From NCBI GenBank assembly GCA_030594205.1, contig JAUVFR010000001.1, positions 71,870 through 135,869 on the forward strand: a DNA stretch of 64,000 nucleotides, written 5' to 3'. Positions within the stretch are counted from its first letter, which is position 1. Each line of letters begins with the position of its first letter. The position numbers were made by a program, and so were the translations under genes. Below, in pieces: positions 18,571 to 27,678 of the stretch. Source of the DNA: Methanobacteriota archaeon (GTDB lineage Archaea > Thermoplasmatota > Thermoplasmata > RBG-16-68-12 > JAJISG01). The notes under the pieces were generated by a model. That model worked only from the letters and a program-made list of their open reading frames with translations, was not told the DNA's origin and searched no databases.

Positions 18571-19511
18571 GCTTCTCGGATGGCCTGACTCAGGCCTTCG
18601 AGGCCCGCGGTCACGGTATCCGTGTCCGTGCCGTAGCACAGGCGAAAGTGGTCTGGGGCGCCGAACATCCTCCCCGGGGCGACGAGAACTCCGTATTCCT
18701 CGAAGGCCACAGAGGCAAGCCGGTCGACGTCCCCGCGATACCGAGGGAAGCTCACGTTGGCATCCGGGAGTACCCATTCGACTGCGGACTCCGCCTGGAT
18801 CCATTCCGCGACCAGCCGACGATTTGTGGCCATGAGACGCTGGTTGCGCCGTCGCACGGCTTTTCTGTCGGTGAGTACGCGCACGCCTACGGCGTCGCTC
18901 AGGAGGGAAGGGGCGACGCTGGTGAAGTCCTTCGCCTGGTGGAGGGCCGCCAAGAGATCCAGGACCGCCATGCACCAGCCGAGGCGCAGACCGCCCAGAC
19001 CGTACACCTTGGTGACGCTGGAGGTTATGATGAATCGGTCGCTCACCGTAAGGGCACTCGGTGGCGGCTCGTCGAGGGCGGCCTCCCTGAAGATCTCGTC
19101 CATGAGGATGGGAAAATCACCCTGCTCCGCGACCTCCGCAAGGCGGGCCAAGTCGTCCACGCCGAGGCGGGTCCCCCCGGGATTGTGGAGGTTGGTCAGG
19201 ACGAGCAGGCGAGGTGGGTGGTCTCCAAGGGCCTCCACTGCCTCCCAGTCCGGTTGAAATCCGCTCTCGAAGGGACGAGGAAGGAAGCTGATTTCCGCCC
19301 CGAGCAGCTGGAAGGTCTTCCAGAGGGGCTCGTAGCCGGGTCGCTCGACGACCACGCGGTCCCCTCGCTCCAGAAGGGCCAACCCCACCAGGAGATTTGC
19401 CTCACTGGCGCCCGCCGTTGCGAGGACCTGGTCCGCAGGCACCCCCGAGAGTCTCGCAATCTGCGCCCGCAATTCGGGGGATCCTGCGAGGTGGGGTTCG
19501 ACGTGCTCCAA
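18567..19511 (-). CDS. Class I/II PLP-dependent aminotransferase (AspAT/HisC-like). The conserved N-terminus continues upstream to about 19668 in the same frame, without a canonical start.
   Basis: SSVTKVYGLGGLRLGW is the PLP-Lys context and HLAGSPELRAQIA is also present. Upstream in-frame translation (…RVRNRFLPRAGPTFDLLHYIVDRLPRTKYDLSSSNLPPVPV…) is aminotransferase-like and is bounded by a TGA. Confidence 0.75.
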   Translation of the reverse strand: MEHVEPHLAGSPELRAQIARLSGVPADQVLATAGASEANLLVGLALLERGDRVVVERPGYEPLWKTFQLLGAEISFLPRPFESGFQPDWEAVEALGDHPPRLLVLTNLHNPGGTRLGVDDLARLAEVAEQGDFPILMDEIFREAALDEPPPSALTVSDRFIITSSVTKVYGLGGLRLGWCMAVLDLLAALHQAKDFTSVAPSLLSDAVGVRVLTDRKAVRRRNQRLMATNRRLVAEWIQAESAVEWVLPDANVSFPRYRGDVDRLASVAFEEYGVLVAPGRMFGAPDHFRLCYGTDTDTVTAGLEGLSQAIREA

Positions 19512-19620
19512 GTTAGCCAGGACGTTTCCCGACTCGACCGGAACGGGGGGAAGGTTACTCGAGGAGAGGTCGTACTTGGTTCTCGGAAGCCGGTCGACGA
19601 TGTAGTGGAGCAGATCGAAG

Positions 19621-20985
19621 GTGGGCCCAGCCCTGGGGAGAAACCGGTTCCGGACCCTTAAGGCTCACGGGGCCAATCTTGCCTCAAATCGGTCATCTCT
19701 CAGCGTGCTCGCCGCCTCCGCAACCTTTACCGTTGCCGCGGGGATAGAGCGAGACTGCATCCCGTCAGGAGGTGGACCCACGGAACGTTTCCACATCGCC
19801 GACGAGTCGGAGATCCTATCGGGTCGAACGACCGACGTGTATTTTCAACGGACGGAGGAGGTGCTCCGGGCCGAGGGGAAGGACGAGGAGCCTGTCGTGG
19901 CCGAAGTGACCACGGGCCAACTGCCTCAGAGGTGGCCTTGGGGGATCTTCTGCGGGCTCGAGGAGGCCGTAAATTTGCTCGAGGGGCGTCCTCTTGATTT
20001 GTACGCCCTGCCCGAGGGCACGCTCTTCAGCCCCCGAAGCCACGGAGGCGTCCGGGTCCCGGTCGCCGTGTTGGACGGCCCGTATGGAACCTTCGCCCGC
20101 TACGAGACGCCCTTGCTGGGCCTTCTCTGTCAGGCCACGGCCATCGCCACCAAGGCCGCGCGGGTGAAACGGGCTGCCGGGCCCCTCGAGGTCACGTCGT
20201 TCGGGGTCCGTCGCATGCATCCGGCCTTGGCGCCCATGATCGATCGGGCCGCCTACGTCGGGGGGTTGGACGCCGTTTCCAGCCTTCTCGGAGCGGATCT
20301 GATCGGGGAGGCACCTCGAGGCACGATGCCCCACGCCCTCACGATCGTCCTGGGCGGTCCTGAGGAAGCGTTCCGGGCCTACGACCGTCGGGTCGAGACG
20401 GGGGTTCCCCGGATCGCCCTCGTCGATACCTATCTGGACGAGGTGCGGGAAGCCCTCCTCGCTGCCGAATCCATTCCCGACCTCGCGGGGGTCCGCCTGG
20501 ACACGCCGGGGTCGCGGAGGGGCGACTTTCCCGAGATCGTCCGTCAAGTGCGCTGGGAGCTCGACCAGCGGGGGTACGAGGGCGTGAAGATTTACGCGTC
20601 GGGAGGTTTGGACGAAGAGAACATCCCTGATCTCGCCGCGGCAGGCGCCGTGGGGTTCGGCGTGGGTACCAGCGTCTCCGACGCGCCTACGATTAACTTC
20701 GCGCTGGATATCGTGGAAGTCGACGGTCGCCCGGCCGCGAAACGGGGGAAGTACAGCGGACGGAAGGACGTGTTCCGTTGCCCGACCGATCTCACGTACG
20801 AGGTCGGCTCATCCCCTCCCCCCTGCCCGCAGTGCCAGGGGACCATGGAGGGCGTCCTTGTCCAGTACCTCGAAGCAGGAAAGCTCGTCGCGGATCTTCC
20901 GAGTCCCCGGGAGATTCGAGAATCGGTCCTGGCCCAACTCAGCAGGCTGTCTGAATCTCAAGGGGAGCCTGAAAAGGTTGATTAG
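19621..20985 (+). CDS. pncB: Nicotinate phosphoribosyltransferase (archaeal type II PRTase with C-terminal Cys4 ribbon)
   Basis: DVYFQRT, GTMPHAL, RLDTPGSRRG and the C-terminal CPTD...CPQCQG are present, and the sequence is collinear with archaeal NAPRTases. The true start is probably near 19780 (FHIADESEIL). No canonical start codon lies there, although a GGAGGTG is adjacent. Confidence 0.78.
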   Translation: MGPALGRNRFRTLKAHGANLASNRSSLSVLAASATFTVAAGIERDCIPSGGGPTERFHIADESEILSGRTTDVYFQRTEEVLRAEGKDEEPVVAEVTTGQLPQRWPWGIFCGLEEAVNLLEGRPLDLYALPEGTLFSPRSHGGVRVPVAVLDGPYGTFARYETPLLGLLCQATAIATKAARVKRAAGPLEVTSFGVRRMHPALAPMIDRAAYVGGLDAVSSLLGADLIGEAPRGTMPHALTIVLGGPEEAFRAYDRRVETGVPRIALVDTYLDEVREALLAAESIPDLAGVRLDTPGSRRGDFPEIVRQVRWELDQRGYEGVKIYASGGLDEENIPDLAAAGAVGFGVGTSVSDAPTINFALDIVEVDGRPAAKRGKYSGRKDVFRCPTDLTYEVGSSPPPCPQCQGTMEGVLVQYLEAGKLVADLPSPREIRESVLAQLSRLSESQGEPEKVD

Positions 20986-21011
20986 GGCCGGGACCTAGGC
21001 CAGGCGGCGCG

Positions 21012-21389
21012 ATGTCTGAGATACCCGAGGATCTCCGCTACACCAAGGAACACGAGTGGGTCCGACTTGAGGGAGAGCGGGCCGTCGTGGGGATTACTGA
21101 CCACGCTCAGAACGAGCTGACCGACGTGGTGTACGTGGAGCTGCCCAGCGTGGGTGACGGGTTTGCGGAGGGGCAGGAGTTTGCCGTGGTCGAGTCCGTC
21201 AAGGCCGCGTCCGAGATCTATGCCCCCGTCTCCGGGACCGTGGCCGAGGTGAACAAGGAGCTGGACGACCGGCCGGAGCTGGTCAACGACTCTCCCTACG
21301 AGGCGGGATGGCTCGTCATTTTTGATCTCAAGGAGAAGGCCAAAGGCCTCCTCACGGCCGGGGAGTACCGGGACCTCGTAGGTGGGTAG
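21012..21389 (+). CDS. gcvH: Glycine cleavage system H protein (lipoyl carrier)
   Basis: A 125-aa product with the lipoyl-lysine motif ESVKAAS. Confidence 0.92.
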   Translation: MSEIPEDLRYTKEHEWVRLEGERAVVGITDHAQNELTDVVYVELPSVGDGFAEGQEFAVVESVKAASEIYAPVSGTVAEVNKELDDRPELVNDSPYEAGWLVIFDLKEKAKGLLTAGEYRDLVGG

Positions 21390-21595
21390 GCCTCCAGACC
21401 GGGGAAGAGCAGGAATCGGCGGTCCAAAGAGAGTCCGTAGGCCTCGTGGGTTGATTCGAGGGAGCGGCGCCCCCGTAGTCCTCCTAGGCTTGATGAAAGG
21501 CCGAAAGGGATATATCGCGCGACCCAGTAGTAAGAGGTCCGGCCGCGCACGTCTTTTGCGGGCATTGCCGTGTTTAGCGTGGGGGGGCGAGAGGT

Positions 21596-22750
21596 ATGAG
21601 CATGAGCAAAATTCACATTGCGATAGCTGGTGTGGGTAACTGTGCGAGTTCCCTTCTCCAAGGAATCGAATTCTACAGAACCTCAGGCGACGATCCCATC
21701 GGCCTGATGCACGACGAGGTGCGGGGCTATCGCGTGGAGGACTTGGAAGTGGTGGCCGCCTTCGACGTGGATGCTCGCAAGGTCGGCCGGGACGTGTCAG
21801 AGGCCATCTTTGCTCCTCCAAATTGCACCAAGGTCTTCTATCCCGAAGTCCCCGATTCCGGCGTAACGGTGAACATGGGTCCGGTCCTCGACGGCGTGGG
21901 CGAGCATATGGCGGATTACCCCGAGGACCGCACGTTCAAGGTCGCCGATGCCCCACCGGTGGATGTGGCCGAGACACTCCAGGAAAGCGGGGCCGAGGTC
22001 CTACTCAACTACCTTCCGGTGGGAAGCGAGAAGGCGACACGATACTACGCGGAGAGCGCGCTGGAGGCCGGATGCGCCCTCGTCAACTGCATCCCCGTGT
22101 TCATCGCCTCCGATCCCCACTGGGCCCGCCGCTTTGAACGCGCGGGGGTCCCCGTCGTGGGCGACGACATCAAGTCTCAGGTTGGGGCCACCGTCATTCA
22201 CAGGATCCTGGCGAAGCTCTTCGTGGATCGTGGGGCGAGCATCGACAGGACGTATCAGCTCAACACAGGTGGCAACACCGATTTCTTGAATATGCTCGAC
22301 CGGGCGAGGCTGACGTCGAAGAAGGTCTCGAAGACGGAGGCCGTGCAGGCGCAACTGCCCGTCCCTCTGGACGCCGAGAACATCCACATCGGGCCCTCCG
22401 ACTACGTCCCGTGGCAGAAGGACAACAAGCTGTGCTTCCTGCGGGTCGAGGGGAGGATATGGGGGAACATCCCCGTCGACCTGGAGCTCCGCCTCTCGGT
22501 GGAGGACAGCCCCAACAGCGCCGGGAGCGCCATCGACGCCATTCGCTGTGCGAAGGTCGGACTCGATGAGGGCCTGGGAGGTCCTCTCGAGGCGGTGTCA
22601 GCGTATACCATGAAACACCCTCCGATCCAGATGCCCGAGGAGGAGGCTCGGAGGCGGGTGGAGGAGTTTGTCGCGGGTCAGATAGCGGGGGTGACGGATG
22701 AGGGCGTTGGTCTTAGCAGCTGGGAGAGGGAGGAGGTTATCGAACGGTGA
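21596..22750 (+). CDS. myo-Inositol-1-phosphate synthase (archaeal MIPS)
   Basis: The N-terminal IAIAGVGNCASSLLQGI Rossmann motif, NTGGNTDF and a length of about 384 aa are typical of archaeal/bacterial MIPS. Confidence 0.82.
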   Translation: MSMSKIHIAIAGVGNCASSLLQGIEFYRTSGDDPIGLMHDEVRGYRVEDLEVVAAFDVDARKVGRDVSEAIFAPPNCTKVFYPEVPDSGVTVNMGPVLDGVGEHMADYPEDRTFKVADAPPVDVAETLQESGAEVLLNYLPVGSEKATRYYAESALEAGCALVNCIPVFIASDPHWARRFERAGVPVVGDDIKSQVGATVIHRILAKLFVDRGASIDRTYQLNTGGNTDFLNMLDRARLTSKKVSKTEAVQAQLPVPLDAENIHIGPSDYVPWQKDNKLCFLRVEGRIWGNIPVDLELRLSVEDSPNSAGSAIDAIRCAKVGLDEGLGGPLEAVSAYTMKHPPIQMPEEEARRRVEEFVAGQIAGVTDEGVGLSSWEREEVIER

Positions 22751-23996
22751 CGGCCCGAAGGCCCTGGTCCGTTTGCTCGGCCTCCCGCTCATCACCCGAG
22801 TAATCCTCACCGCCAGGCAGGCAGGGATCCGGGACTTCACCGTCGTCGTCGGCTACCAGGCCCAGGTCGTGATGGAGTCCCTCGGCGACGGCTCCTCCCT
22901 GGGCATCAAGCTCGCCTATGTCCAAAACGAGGCGTGGGAGAGGGGAAACGGTCTCTCCGTTCTGAAGGGGGCACAACAGTTCGGCGAGGAGCGCTTCCTC
23001 CTGTTGATGGCCGACCACGTCCTCAAGCCCGAGATTGTGGCCAGGCTTTCCCGATCGAGAGTCCAGGGGGGCGTTGCCATGGCGGTCGACACCTCCCCCG
23101 GGGAGGAAAAGGTCGCGGAGGCAACCAAGGTATTCGTGGAGAATCGACGCGTCCGACGCGTGGGAAAGGGCCTCGCCACGTTCACCGGAGTCGACATGGG
23201 GGTCATGGCGGGCGGAAAGGAGTTGGCCCGGGCCTTGCAGGCGGCGATCGATGAGGGCCGGGAGGAGCTCGGCGACGCCCTTGACCAGCTGGCCCGCGAT
23301 GGAAAGGTGCGGGCCGTGGAGTTCAAGGGCCCCCTCTGGGCGGACCTGGATACGCCACGGGATTTCCGGAGGGCCAGGAAGGACATGCTGCGTGACCTCG
23401 GCAAGTCCGAGGACGGCCCCGTGGCGAGGTACCTCAACCGTCCTCTCTCCACGCGGCTTTCCGCCCTGCTCGTGAAGACCCGTCTGACGCCGAACCAGAT
23501 GAGCATCTTTGTCCTCGGCCTCGCGTTCCTGGCCTCCTACTTCCTCTTCCTGGGAATCTATCCGTTCCTCCTCGTGGGGGGTATCCTGATCCAGCTCTCG
23601 TCCATCTTGGACGGAAGCGACGGGGAGATTGCCCGGCTGAAGTTCGTATCGACCCAAAAGGGGGGGTGGCTCGACTCCGTGGCAGACCGCTATGCGGATT
23701 TCATCTTCATTTCCGCGCTCGCCTACGGCCAGTGGGCTCTCGCCCCGGACCTCCGTTGGGGGTTCCTTGCCATCTTTGCCATCGTTGGATCCTTCGGCGT
23801 CAGTTACACTTCCGCCGCCTATTTCGCCTCCTTCAAGAGGGGCCATCCCCTCGGCCTCCAGCTCCCGGCGAAGCGGGACAGTCGACTGCTCATTTTGGCA
23901 GCCGCCGCGGTGATAGGGCTCCCCCTTTACGGCCTCCTTGCCGTCGGCGTGCTGGGCAACGCGGAGGTTATCAGAAGGCTCTTGACCTGGCGCTAG
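22698..23996 (+). CDS. Bifunctional CTP:inositol-1-phosphate cytidylyltransferase / di-myo-inositol-phosphate-phosphate synthase (IPCT/DIPPS)
   Basis: An N-terminal nucleotidyltransferase fold (LVLAAGRGRRL) is fused to a CDP-alcohol phosphatidyltransferase membrane domain carrying DGSDGEIARL...GGWLDSVADRYAD. It lies adjacent to MIPS. Confidence 0.82.
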   Translation: MRALVLAAGRGRRLSNGDGPKALVRLLGLPLITRVILTARQAGIRDFTVVVGYQAQVVMESLGDGSSLGIKLAYVQNEAWERGNGLSVLKGAQQFGEERFLLLMADHVLKPEIVARLSRSRVQGGVAMAVDTSPGEEKVAEATKVFVENRRVRRVGKGLATFTGVDMGVMAGGKELARALQAAIDEGREELGDALDQLARDGKVRAVEFKGPLWADLDTPRDFRRARKDMLRDLGKSEDGPVARYLNRPLSTRLSALLVKTRLTPNQMSIFVLGLAFLASYFLFLGIYPFLLVGGILIQLSSILDGSDGEIARLKFVSTQKGGWLDSVADRYADFIFISALAYGQWALAPDLRWGFLAIFAIVGSFGVSYTSAAYFASFKRGHPLGLQLPAKRDSRLLILAAAAVIGLPLYGLLAVGVLGNAEVIRRLLTWR

Positions 23997-24364
23997 CGGG
24001 CCGCGTAGGGGCCACTGATTCATCCTCAGGACGATGTCATGATCCCACCTCACAGAGGCGGCCCCGCAAGCGTTGGCCATGGCGAACCTGACCCTTTCTC
24101 ATCACCGTTTGAGCGGAATGCCTATTGGATGGAGCGGCGGCGTGCTTCTTCCTGCTCCAAGGGCGTGATGTAGCCTGGCCCTTCAGGGGGAGGAAGTTGA
24201 AGTCTTCAACATCTATAAGCCGCGGTTCACGATGCCTGCTCCCGGGGCTCGTAGGTAGCGAACTGGGCCTTCGTCGCTGTCTTTTCTTCGCCGAATTGAG
24301 CGACCCGCTGCCAATCGTGGAAAGCTCCGAACGCTCCTGATCAATGAGCTTGGAAACAGGTCCA

Positions 24365-24655
24365 CTAGGATGAAGCCTCGTAAGCTCTCCTGGTAAGACA
24401 GTCAAAACATAGGCAATGCGCGCCAACCGTTTCACTCACGGCCTTGGTGAGAACCTCTCGGCACCAGCAATCATCACTCTGCACGCCACAGCCAAAGTCG
24501 ATGCCGCATTCAGGACACTTCACAAGCTCGCCAGGCTTCAAGGCTGGCTCCACCATGCCTTCACGCCTCTCACGAGGGAGTTCCACATACGTGTCATGGT
24601 AATCCCCAAGCCGCCCCACAAGCGGATGCCACTCTAACGAAATTCTGATGGGCAC
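24365..24655 (-). CDS. Small cysteine-rich protein (Cys-rich CWC-like: CPECG…CG…DDCWC…CLCFDC)
   Basis: A 96-aa ORF with 9 Cys in a CxxC/CWC/CxCxxC arrangement. The true start may be the internal MVEPALKPGELVKCPECG. Local GC is lower than the flanks. Confidence 0.5.
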   Translation of the reverse strand: MPIRISLEWHPLVGRLGDYHDTYVELPRERREGMVEPALKPGELVKCPECGIDFGCGVQSDDCWCREVLTKAVSETVGAHCLCFDCLTRRAYEASS

Positions 24656-24737
24656 TTCTGTACTAGTCTCTTTGGAAATCGATGCCGGGGTGTGTGGCTA
24701 TGACTGGTTCTAAGTAGGCTAAGGGAGTCTGGCCTAC

Positions 24738-24810
24738 GGGCTCGTAGGGTAGTGGACTATCCTTCCGGCCTTCGGAGCCGGGGACCTGGGTTCGAATCCC
24801 AGCGGGCCCG
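24738..24810 (+). tRNA. tRNA-Arg (anticodon TCG)
   Basis: Manual fold. The acceptor stem is GGGCTCG/CGGGCCC (one T-G wobble). The anticodon stem CCGGC/GCCGG has loop CTTCGGA, giving anticodon TCG. The T-arm is CTGGG-TTCGAAT-CCCAG with discriminator G. No encoded CCA. Confidence 0.85.
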
Positions 24811-24815
24811 TCCTA
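24795..24815. repeat. attL-like direct repeat (tRNA-Arg 3' end, AATCCCAGCGGGCCCGTCCTA)
   Basis: A 21-nt sequence identical to 28256..28276. Confidence 0.8.
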
Positions 24816-24838
24816 GACCAAAAACACTGCGCGCAGGA

Positions 24839-25717
24839 CTACTTTGGAATGAGAGAGGCCAGCATCTGATCTGCATGGTTGACTGCAAGAGAAACGTGGC
24901 CTTCCCCCGGAAACACCCGTAGGTGACTATTCCTGATCATTTCATTCATCAACTTCACCACCCCGAAGGCTGGGTCTTTGTCCCCATGCCAGAAGGTGAT
25001 TCTCTCCCCGCAGGTAATGCCCGATATGTCAAATCCCCAACGACCGGCGAAAGCACGCGCATCATGGAGGGCTGCGTTGATTCCGTGGGAGAATCCCTCC
25101 TTGGAAATCCTGATGTAGAAATCGAAAAACCTGTCGTCGTTGAAAAGCTCAAAGTCGGCAACCGGCATGCGATGCCGATTCCTGTTGATTTGTGACCGAA
25201 ACTCCTCCGGGTCCTCTATGAGCGACATTTGCTTCTTCAATCCCATTCCATAGATCCACGGTAATCTTGAGGCCAGAAACAATTGGGTTCGGAGCGATCG
25301 GTCCATTGTCTTGGTGCCGAGACCTGGAGGGCCAACCGTGCTGATGACACCGTATTGGTAGACCAGATCCCCAATTTCGTGGGCGCAGGCAAGGACGTGA
25401 GGCGCGCCGCCGGATATTCCAAGGAGGGAGAATTCATCGACATCAAGCGTTTCCGTCAGCTCCTTGATGTCCCGGGCCCAGCCCAATAGTGACCGTCTGG
25501 TGAAGGTGGAGTTCCCATACCCCGGGCGATCGGGAACAATCAAACGTAATCCGAGCTTTCTCGCAACTCGGGAGAACATCTCACCCTCAAGCCTGCAATT
25601 TCCGTGGCCATGCTGGTGTATCACTGGAAAACCCTGAAAATCGCCGAACTCCGCGTATGATACGTTCCGGCCGTCTCCGAGGGTAGTCGAACGATCCAAC
25701 ATCTCCGCGGCGGTCAT
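24839..25717 (-). CDS. Alpha/beta-hydrolase fold protein (proline iminopeptidase/esterase-like)
   Basis: HGHGNCRL...PGYGNS and the nucleophile elbow GISGG are present in a 292-aa product. Confidence 0.8.
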   Translation of the reverse strand: MTAAEMLDRSTTLGDGRNVSYAEFGDFQGFPVIHQHGHGNCRLEGEMFSRVARKLGLRLIVPDRPGYGNSTFTRRSLLGWARDIKELTETLDVDEFSLLGISGGAPHVLACAHEIGDLVYQYGVISTVGPPGLGTKTMDRSLRTQLFLASRLPWIYGMGLKKQMSLIEDPEEFRSQINRNRHRMPVADFELFNDDRFFDFYIRISKEGFSHGINAALHDARAFAGRWGFDISGITCGERITFWHGDKDPAFGVVKLMNEMIRNSHLRVFPGEGHVSLAVNHADQMLASLIPK

Positions 25718-25722
25718 ACCGC

Positions 25723-25959
25723 TCAGAGACCCTGTTTCTCAAGATCGCGGTTGATGTTCTCCATCCTCTCGGGAGTCAAATCCCAGTATCTCCAGAAGAC
25801 CAGGGCGGCAACGAGAAGGAATGCGGCGGGGATTAATCCAAAGTGGCTCATTATTCCCCATTTTGCGATCTCACTCTGGGTCGCAAGTGTCGCATCAAAT
25901 CTCACGAGATTATGCACGATTGCCGGCACCGTACCGCCTTGGCCCAGTCTTGCCGTCAT
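25723..25959 (-). CDS. Small membrane protein (1 TM), hypothetical
   Basis: A 78-aa ORF tightly coupled (5-nt gap) upstream of the hydrolase on the same strand, with the hydrophobic stretch FGLIPAAFLLVAALVFW. Confidence 0.4.
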   Translation of the reverse strand: MTARLGQGGTVPAIVHNLVRFDATLATQSEIAKWGIMSHFGLIPAAFLLVAALVFWRYWDLTPERMENINRDLEKQGL

Positions 25960-26103
25960 TTGGCTTTTCCTTCATTTTCTCACTCATACACCATCAACCT
26001 CTACTAAGCATGGCTATTGGCTGAGCATGCTAGATAGGATACTTATAAGCTTAATCGGCAACGAGACGGGCTTTCGACCTGGGTTATTTCAGAATGCGTT
26101 CGA

Positions 26104-27678
26104 CTACGCTATGAGGTTTCCCCGATTCAAAAGGTTAAGAGGGTCGATGCTCAGCTTCATAGACCGGACGGACCTCAATCCCTTCTCTCCGTACTGAGTA
26201 TACAATGCCGGTTTTCCTCTTAGGGTCTTCTTGCCCAATCCATGCTCGGCAGCGATTGACCCACCCAGAGAAACGACCTTCTCTGCGATCTCCGCCAACC
26301 GGGCCTTCGCAGTATCGGCCTGATGATCATTTCTGGGTAGGAGCGTGAGGTGGACGTGGGAGTCCCCCGCGTGGGCAAAGAAGACGTACCCGAGAGCATC
26401 CAGTGATTGGAGGCCGTCACGGACAAGAGATTCGAATTCGGCTCCAACTTCGAGCAAATGGTAAAACAGTTCACTGAAGCTCGTTTGAGGAACGGAGTAG
26501 TCGGTAGCCACGAGGGACTGATCATGAGAGCGGGTGAGGGAAAGAACGTGCTCGGGCACGCTGTGCCTTAGTTCTTTGTGATGTTCGATTTCAGCGTGGG
26601 TAAGGGCGACCGAAGTATCGAGGATTTCGAGTTCATCGAACCTGTTTTTCCACCATTCCAATGCTGGATAGAGTTCGGAACTGGAGCGTACATCTTGTTC
26701 CAACATTATGATAGAATGGGCAAGAGGCGGGATCCGCGGATCTACCTGCTTGACAATTCTGGTGGCTCGGTCATCAAGAAACTCCACTGACATTGGGACT
26801 GGGAAACTGTTTGTGCCGCGTTGTTCCTGTGCAACTCGGATGACGTCAAATGCTTGGTCTAAGTTCTTGCACATGACAAAGATGCTCGCTATCTCTTCTG
26901 GGGGTCGTGTCAAACGCAGGGTGACTTCGGAGATGACACCGAATATCCCGTTCGTGCCAATGAAAAGATCAATGGGATGACTGTTGTCCGTGATGACCGG
27001 TCCTGCAACATTCTTGGTGACTTGAGGCAATTCATAATCGGGGCGGGGGATCCTAATCTCCTCGCCGTGAGCAATCAGGATAATGTAGTCCTCTTCGACG
27101 TAATGAGGCCGGGCCTGGTCCCTCCGTAACACGATGCAGTGACCCGGGGGGATGATCACCCTAAGCCCCTGAACCCAGGGCCTGGTAGGGCCGAATTTGA
27201 AGGTTCTTGCTCCAGAGGCATTTGTGGCCACGTTACCCCCGATGAATGAACCCCTCTCAGTGGAATCGGGCGGATAAAACCAGTTGTGTTCCCGTGCAAA
27301 GTTCTGCACTGCTTTGAGGGTCATGGCAACTGGCAGGGTCAGATAGGCCAATTCTTCGTTTACCTCCTCGAAACGGAGATGGTAGGTGATGTCGGTGTCG
27401 GGATCGGTCCACTCACGTGAGGGTGCGGCGGCAATCTCCCTCATCTTGTCCGTCGCTATGATCCATCCCCCGAGTGGAACTCTGCCGCCCGATAGTCCGG
27501 TGCCCCCGCCGGAAACTGTAATTGGGATGCTTTGGGAATAGGCCTGAACGATGATTTCCAAAAGCTCGGTCTCTGTCCTCGGAAAAAGTATCTTGTCCGC
27601 GGTACCTCTGACCAGGCCGGATTCATCATTGAGGTAGCTCGAATATTCGGTGGATACCTCTTGATATTGCTCGATCAA
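26104..27678 (-). CDS. FAD-linked oxidase (PCMH-type FAD-binding; GlcD/D-lactate dehydrogenase/AGPS family)
   Basis: The FAD-binding motif SGGGTGLSGG is present, with C-terminal HAGDSHVHL and AEHGLGKK, in a 524-aa product. Confidence 0.8.
   Translation of the reverse strand: MIEQYQEVSTEYSSYLNDESGLVRGTADKILFPRTETELLEIIVQAYSQSIPITVSGGGTGLSGGRVPLGGWIIATDKMREIAAAPSREWTDPDTDITYHLRFEEVNEELAYLTLPVAMTLKAVQNFAREHNWFYPPDSTERGSFIGGNVATNASGARTFKFGPTRPWVQGLRVIIPPGHCIVLRRDQARPHYVEEDYIILIAHGEEIRIPRPDYELPQVTKNVAGPVITDNSHPIDLFIGTNGIFGVISEVTLRLTRPPEEIASIFVMCKNLDQAFDVIRVAQEQRGTNSFPVPMSVEFLDDRATRIVKQVDPRIPPLAHSIIMLEQDVRSSSELYPALEWWKNRFDELEILDTSVALTHAEIEHHKELRHSVPEHVLSLTRSHDQSLVATDYSVPQTSFSELFYHLLEVGAEFESLVRDGLQSLDALGYVFFAHAGDSHVHLTLLPRNDHQADTAKARLAEIAEKVVSLGGSIAAEHGLGKKTLRGKPALYTQYGEKGLRSVRSMKLSIDPLNLLNRGNLIA

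Noticed and set aside
22737-24080. 447-aa minus-strand ORF overlapping IPCT/DIPPS. Likewise 1004..2533 (antisense to gdhA), 2548..3822 (antisense to etfD), 28628..29980 (antisense to DUF885), 18648..19661, 19816..20547 and 20982..21821.
   Set aside because: All are antisense to well-supported genes. Their compositionally biased translations have no family similarity, so they are treated as high-GC artefacts.
24196-24210. Perfect 7-bp-arm palindrome GTTGAAG-T-CTTCAAC in the lower-GC spacer between the DIP cluster and the CWC gene
   Set aside because: It is short and isolated with no second copy or flanking T-tract on the relevant strand. It may be a minor operator or terminator hairpin, but the evidence is insufficient to call a feature.
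24738-24764. Irregular D-arm region of tRNA-Arg (two nt between the D-stem and the anticodon stem)
   Set aside because: The acceptor, anticodon and T arms fold canonically. The D-arm oddity is probably a variable D-loop length that the manual fold assigned suboptimally, and it is not evidence of a pseudo-tRNA.
25751-26197. 148-aa plus-strand ORF within the island
   Set aside because: It overlaps the better-supported minus-strand small membrane ORF and the intergenic region. It has no motifs and is opposite in orientation to the surrounding operon.
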